Of a DNA stretch of 64,000 nucleotides, positions 60,422-64,000 are shown piece after piece (position 1 is the stretch's first letter; each line of letters opens with the position of its first letter). The DNA is from Alphaproteobacteria bacterium (GTDB lineage Bacteria; Pseudomonadota; Alphaproteobacteria; MPNO01; UBA830), in contig OZ251539.1 of assembly GCA_965243135.1 (NCBI GenBank), positions 1,408,001-1,472,000 of the forward strand, written 5' to 3'. The translations under genes were made by a program, and so were the position numbers. The notes under the pieces were generated by a model. The model saw only the letters and a program-made list of their open reading frames with translations, did no database searches and was not told where the DNA came from.

Positions 60422-62064
60422 GGTCCTTGGGGGAGAGCGGGACGCCAGGAGCGGAGACGCTCCTCGCCTGCGCCCCACGGCAGCCAGGCAGCAGGGCCTT
60501 CGGGCGGCGGACCGCGATGCCGGGCGCAGGCATCGAGATAACCGAGTAGCCAGCGGTACGGCGAGACGCCGGCCATCTCGAGCGTGCCGAAGATGGAATA
60601 GAGCATGCCCGCCAACTGCGCTCCGTCCACGCTATGCGACCCGAACGAGAGCTTCCGGCCGATCGCGAGGCCGCGCAGGCCGCGTTCGGCGGGGTTGTTG
60701 TCCATGGGAACGTCTGCGTTGTCGACGAACACTGTCAGGCCGTCGCGGTGGCGTAGCAGGGAGTCCAGAGGGCCGCGTTGCGCCGCGCTCTCCGGAAGCG
60801 CGTCCCGTGCCTTTTTCGCCGCCGCGAAGAACGCTCCGGCGAATCTCGCGAGCCGCCGCTGGGCGGCGGCGTTGCCCGGACACGCCAGACGCCTGGCGTT
60901 GAGTCGGTACAATGCCGCAATGTGACGAAGCCATTTTTGGGCGAACTTCGCGAGGTTCGGGTAGCCGGTCTCAAGGTTGATGAAGTCCCGTCTGGCATGG
61001 ACCCAACAATATGAAAGGACGATGCACCCTTCCATGACGCGCGCCAGCTTCCGGTAGGCGGAGTAGCGGTCGCAGACCAGGTGAGCCGCCTGTTCGGGCG
61101 AGCCGAGCCCCCTGAACAGTTCAAGGGCGGCTTCCGCGCTGCGCGACGGCAGAATAACGATGCGAACCGCGTCCGCCGACCGGGCGATCCATGCCCAGGC
61201 GCGAGCGTTGCCGCCGTCTTCTTCGCCCAACTCCCGTATCCACCACCCTGTTTCGTCGCCGTGAACGACCGGCGCCTCCGACAGGCGCCGGGAGATCTCA
61301 TCGTCGAGCGGCTCGAACAGTCGCAGGAATCCCCGCTGAGCGTCCGCCAACGTGCCGGGCGCAATGGCAAGCCCGTGCTGACCCAGCGCGCGGCAGACCG
61401 AGCGCAACGGACGGTGCAGGCCGTACCTCTCCGCCAGGACGTACGCCCAGACGGAAACTCCGTACCGAGTGTTCGGAAACAGCCGCGCCGGAGCCGGGCC
61501 GACGGCCTCCTTTTCCGGTCGGCAGGTACAGGTCGGGCGCAGCCGCTTCCGTCGAATCCTCCGGACATAGGTGACGGTCCTGGTCTCGATGAGATCCGTG
61601 TCCTTCCAACCGTTCGAGACCCAGGCCTTGCCGCAGTCCGGACACGTGCGCTCGTCCGGAAGCGACTCCTCCTCGCGAACGGGCAGCTCGGGGTGCGGCG
61701 TGCGGCCGTGCGACGGCGTTCCCTGACTGCGCCCCCGGCGTCGACCGGTTGCCGTAGGCTGCCGCTCGCTGCGGCGCCCGAACAACTCCCGGGCAAACCT
61801 GCGGCTGCGGGACTTCAGACTCTCGTTCTCTGCCGTCTCTCGGGGCGGCGCCTCGCGTCTCTTTTTCAGGATTCTAATCAGCGCCATCGCCCGGTGGAAA
61901 GCTCCCTGCCACCTCTCGGCGTCGCGGCGAAACTTCTCCGCTTTATCGAGTGCGCTTTCCAGCGCCTGGCAGAGAGCCGCATTCGCTCGGCATGCCGCAG
62001 CCAGAGCTTGGCCGTCGCCCGACAGCTCGGTCCCGGAAAGCGTGCGTGCAGATTCGACCGCCAT
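60418..62064 (-). CDS. tnpC: IS66 family DDE transposase (TnpC)
   Basis: Coiled coil, LFGRRSE, Zn-ribbon CPDCG...CTC, HGDETGW, VCDRYSAY, CWVHARRDF, DNNPAERGLR, IGRK. Confidence 0.92.
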   Translation of the reverse strand: MAVESARTLSGTELSGDGQALAAACRANAALCQALESALDKAEKFRRDAERWQGAFHRAMALIRILKKRREAPPRETAENESLKSRSRRFARELFGRRSERQPTATGRRRGRSQGTPSHGRTPHPELPVREEESLPDERTCPDCGKAWVSNGWKDTDLIETRTVTYVRRIRRKRLRPTCTCRPEKEAVGPAPARLFPNTRYGVSVWAYVLAERYGLHRPLRSVCRALGQHGLAIAPGTLADAQRGFLRLFEPLDDEISRRLSEAPVVHGDETGWWIRELGEEDGGNARAWAWIARSADAVRIVILPSRSAEAALELFRGLGSPEQAAHLVCDRYSAYRKLARVMEGCIVLSYCWVHARRDFINLETGYPNLAKFAQKWLRHIAALYRLNARRLACPGNAAAQRRLARFAGAFFAAAKKARDALPESAAQRGPLDSLLRHRDGLTVFVDNADVPMDNNPAERGLRGLAIGRKLSFGSHSVDGAQLAGMLYSIFGTLEMAGVSPYRWLLGYLDACARHRGPPPEGPAAWLPWGAGEERLRSWRPALPQGP

Positions 62065-62926
62065 GGCAGCCGTATACAAGAACAAAAGAAGAGTGTCCAG
62101 GCCTGGGCGATTCGCCTGGCTCGACAGCCCGCTTCGCAACCGAACGCTTACTCTCCGGGACTTCGCGAGAAACCTGTTGCCGGGTGCCAACCAGAGGGGC
62201 GGCGTAGGCCGCGGCAGTACCCGAAACGAACGCGCCCTCCCGGTCAAGGACGTCTGGTTGAAGCCCCTGCCTGGAGGCAGGCCTCAACGTCGCCACCCCA
62301 CGACCGAACGCTTACGATCAGCCTTGCGGATTGCGAGGCTCCGCAGCGGTTCGAGACTTGCGGCCCGCCGCTGCCGGGGGCCGAGGTCAGGATTGCCGAT
62401 CCGGCGACCGGGGAGGAACTTCCCGTCGGCGAAATCGGCCAGATAGAAACCCGGGGGCCGATGGTCATGCGCGGATATTTCGACAATCCGGAGGCCACTC
62501 GAGAAACCATCGGCGAGGACGGCTGGATGCGGACGGGCGATCTCGGCCGCCTGACGCCCGACGGAAATATCGTCGTCGCCGGCGGTCGCCTTCGCGACAT
62601 GATCATTCGCGGCGGCGAGAACGTCTATCCCGTCGAGATCGAAAACACGCTTCGCGCGCATCCGGCGGTTTCCGACATCGCCGCGTTCGGACTTCCCGAC
62701 AGGTATTACGGCGAAACGGTCGCCGCGGCCGTCTCGCTGGCCGCGGAAGCGTCGGCCGAGGAACTCCGGCGCTACTGCGGAAGGCGAATTGCCCGTTTCA
62801 AGCTTCCGGCGCGGTTTTACCGCGTCGACTCGTTCCCTCTGACGGCCAGCGGCAAGATCAGAAAGGCCGAGTTGCAGGAACTGGCGCGAGCGGAACGGCT
62901 CGAGGTCCTCGAATGATGCGGGCAGG

Positions 62927-63547
62927 TCAGGTTGCAGGCGGCTCCCAGTTGCCGCGCGCCAGCCAGTGTTCGAGCATCCACAGCCGGTCGACGCCCCAGA
63001 TCGGCTCGCCATCGACGATGAAGTAAGGCGAGCCGAAAACCTTCCTCTCCACGGCGCGTTCCACCGCCGCCCGAAGCAGGCCCTTCACCCGGTCGTCGCG
63101 CAGTGCGGCGCGCAACGCGGCTCCGTCGAGTCCCAGCGCTGCGGCTTCATCGACGACCGCATCCGGATGCGTGATGTCGCGCCCTTCCGCCCAAAGGCGG
63201 CGCAACAAACGGTCCGCAAGCCGTTTCGCCAACTCGGGATCCCGCTCTTGCGTCCATAGGTACGCGCGCGAGGCGGCCAGCGAATTCACGTTCTTCATGT
63301 CCGGGGTCGCCAGCGGCGCGCCGAGAAGACGCGCCATCCGCGGCAGGTCGACAGCTGCGTAGTCCGACTTGAGCGGGGTTTGCATGATCGGCTTCAGCCC
63401 CATCACCTCCATCACCGTGACGCCGAGCAGGAAGGGGCGCCATTCGACCGTTCGGCCGTATCGGCCGGCAAGCGTTTCGATCCTGGTCGCGGCGAGATAC
63501 CCGTAGGGCGAGATGAAGTCGAAATAGAATTCTATGGGTTGCGGCAT
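62927..63547 (-). CDS. 2-hydroxychromene-2-carboxylate isomerase / kappa-GST (DsbA-like)
   Basis: IEFYFDFISPYGY, WRPFLLG, VFGSPYFIVDGEPIWGVDRL. Confidence 0.88.
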   Translation of the reverse strand: MPQPIEFYFDFISPYGYLAATRIETLAGRYGRTVEWRPFLLGVTVMEVMGLKPIMQTPLKSDYAAVDLPRMARLLGAPLATPDMKNVNSLAASRAYLWTQERDPELAKRLADRLLRRLWAEGRDITHPDAVVDEAAALGLDGAALRAALRDDRVKGLLRAAVERAVERKVFGSPYFIVDGEPIWGVDRLWMLEHWLARGNWEPPAT

Positions 63548-63683
63548 GTCGCTGCTTCTCCGGCGGTCAGGCCGAGCGCCTCGAAGGGCGCAGCTTTCGG
63601 GGCGCGGGAGATCGTCTTCGACGTTTCGCGGCACGAAGAGCGAAGACTCGCGGCTTGTCGGCAGGACGCGCCGTCGCGGCCGT

Positions 63684-64000
63684 TCATTCCGGCCGGCGCT
63701 GGATCGCGCCCCGTTCGGCCAGATCTTCGATCTCGTCTTCGCCGAATCCGAGAACCGAGCGGAGGATTTCCGTCGTGTGCTCGCCGAGGAGAGGCGACGG
63801 CCGCGGAGGGCTTCGGTCGGCGTCCGAGAACAGGACCGGTTGGCGAACGAGAGGAATTTCGCCGAGGGACGGATGGCGGATTCGGGCCGACATCTTGCGA
63901 TATGCGATGTGTTCGCCGTCCGCCACGTCGCCGACCGACAGGACGGGCCCCGCAGGAATCCCTATCGCATCGAGCGTCTCGACGACCTTTTCGGAAGGCA
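63684..64000 (-). CDS. 3' end of a CaiB/BaiF family III CoA-transferase; truncated by the window edge
   Basis: GIPAGPVLSV.DV...HP..G.I....P..FS...PSPLLGEHTTEIL..LG. Confidence 0.8.
   Translation of the reverse strand, partial: PSEKVVETLDAIGIPAGPVLSVGDVADGEHIAYRKMSARIRHPSLGEIPLVRQPVLFSDADRSPPRPSPLLGEHTTEILRSVLGFGEDEIEDLAERGAIQRRPE

Larger units (their letters stand above)
59522..62315 (-). mobile_element. IS66-family composite element carrying DUF4338
   Basis: Perfect 22-bp terminal IR GTAAGCGTTCGGTCGTGGGGTG; 8-bp target duplication GATCAGCC (59514-59521 and 62316-62323); an internal third end GTAAGCGTTCGGTTGCG reading leftward from 62151. Confidence 0.95.
58531..62916 (+). pseudogene. AMP-binding acyl-CoA synthetase split by an IS66 insertion (58531-59521 + 62324-62916)
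   Basis: QYTSGTTGFPKG...YGQTEASTLIS | LADC...GWMRTGDLG, IRGGENVYPVE, PLTASGKI. The frame is restored exactly when 59522-62323 is removed. Confidence 0.93.

Noticed and set aside
61081-62315. 611-aa plus-strand ORF appearing to be a ligase fusion
   Set aside because: It is the antisense of tnpC reading through the IS end into the 3' half of the split ligase.

Overview
GC-rich bacterial DNA, probably from an alphaproteobacterium (inferred from gene content), with no rRNA, tRNA or CRISPR array. Most of the window is catabolic and transport operons: a NicX/M29-like gene with hydrolase, acyl-CoA dehydrogenase and CoA ligase; three tandem SDRs with a thioesterase and CoA-transferase; a Fur-boxed iron-uptake locus (LbtU-like porin, two imelysins, di-heme protein, DUF1513); two TRAP transporters with downstream oxidoreductases and hydrolases; yceIJ; hydantoinase A/B with a Pot-like ABC transporter; and an atypical LeuCD pair with an RraA aldolase. 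Two accessory zones (about 4.6-12.2 kb and 54.6-62.3 kb) hold nuclease, ATPase and toxin-antitoxin genes and IS relics. Main observations that the ORF track does not show: (1) two adjacent cryptic selenoprotein genes (Rdx/SelW-like CxxU and DsbA/FrnE-like UxxC), each with a SECIS-like hairpin carrying the same CGUGC loop; (2) an IS66-type element that carries DUF4338 (DruA-like) in place of tnpA/tnpB, moved as a composite by borrowing an inverted decayed right end, and split an acyl-CoA ligase with an 8-bp target duplication; (3) an AT-rich AAA-ATPase plus small PD-(D/E)xK-like gene pair with its own consensus promoter, a candidate defence system; (4) relic sequences that have repeatedly decayed by microdeletion; (5) an aconitase-family pair lacking the canonical catalytic motifs.
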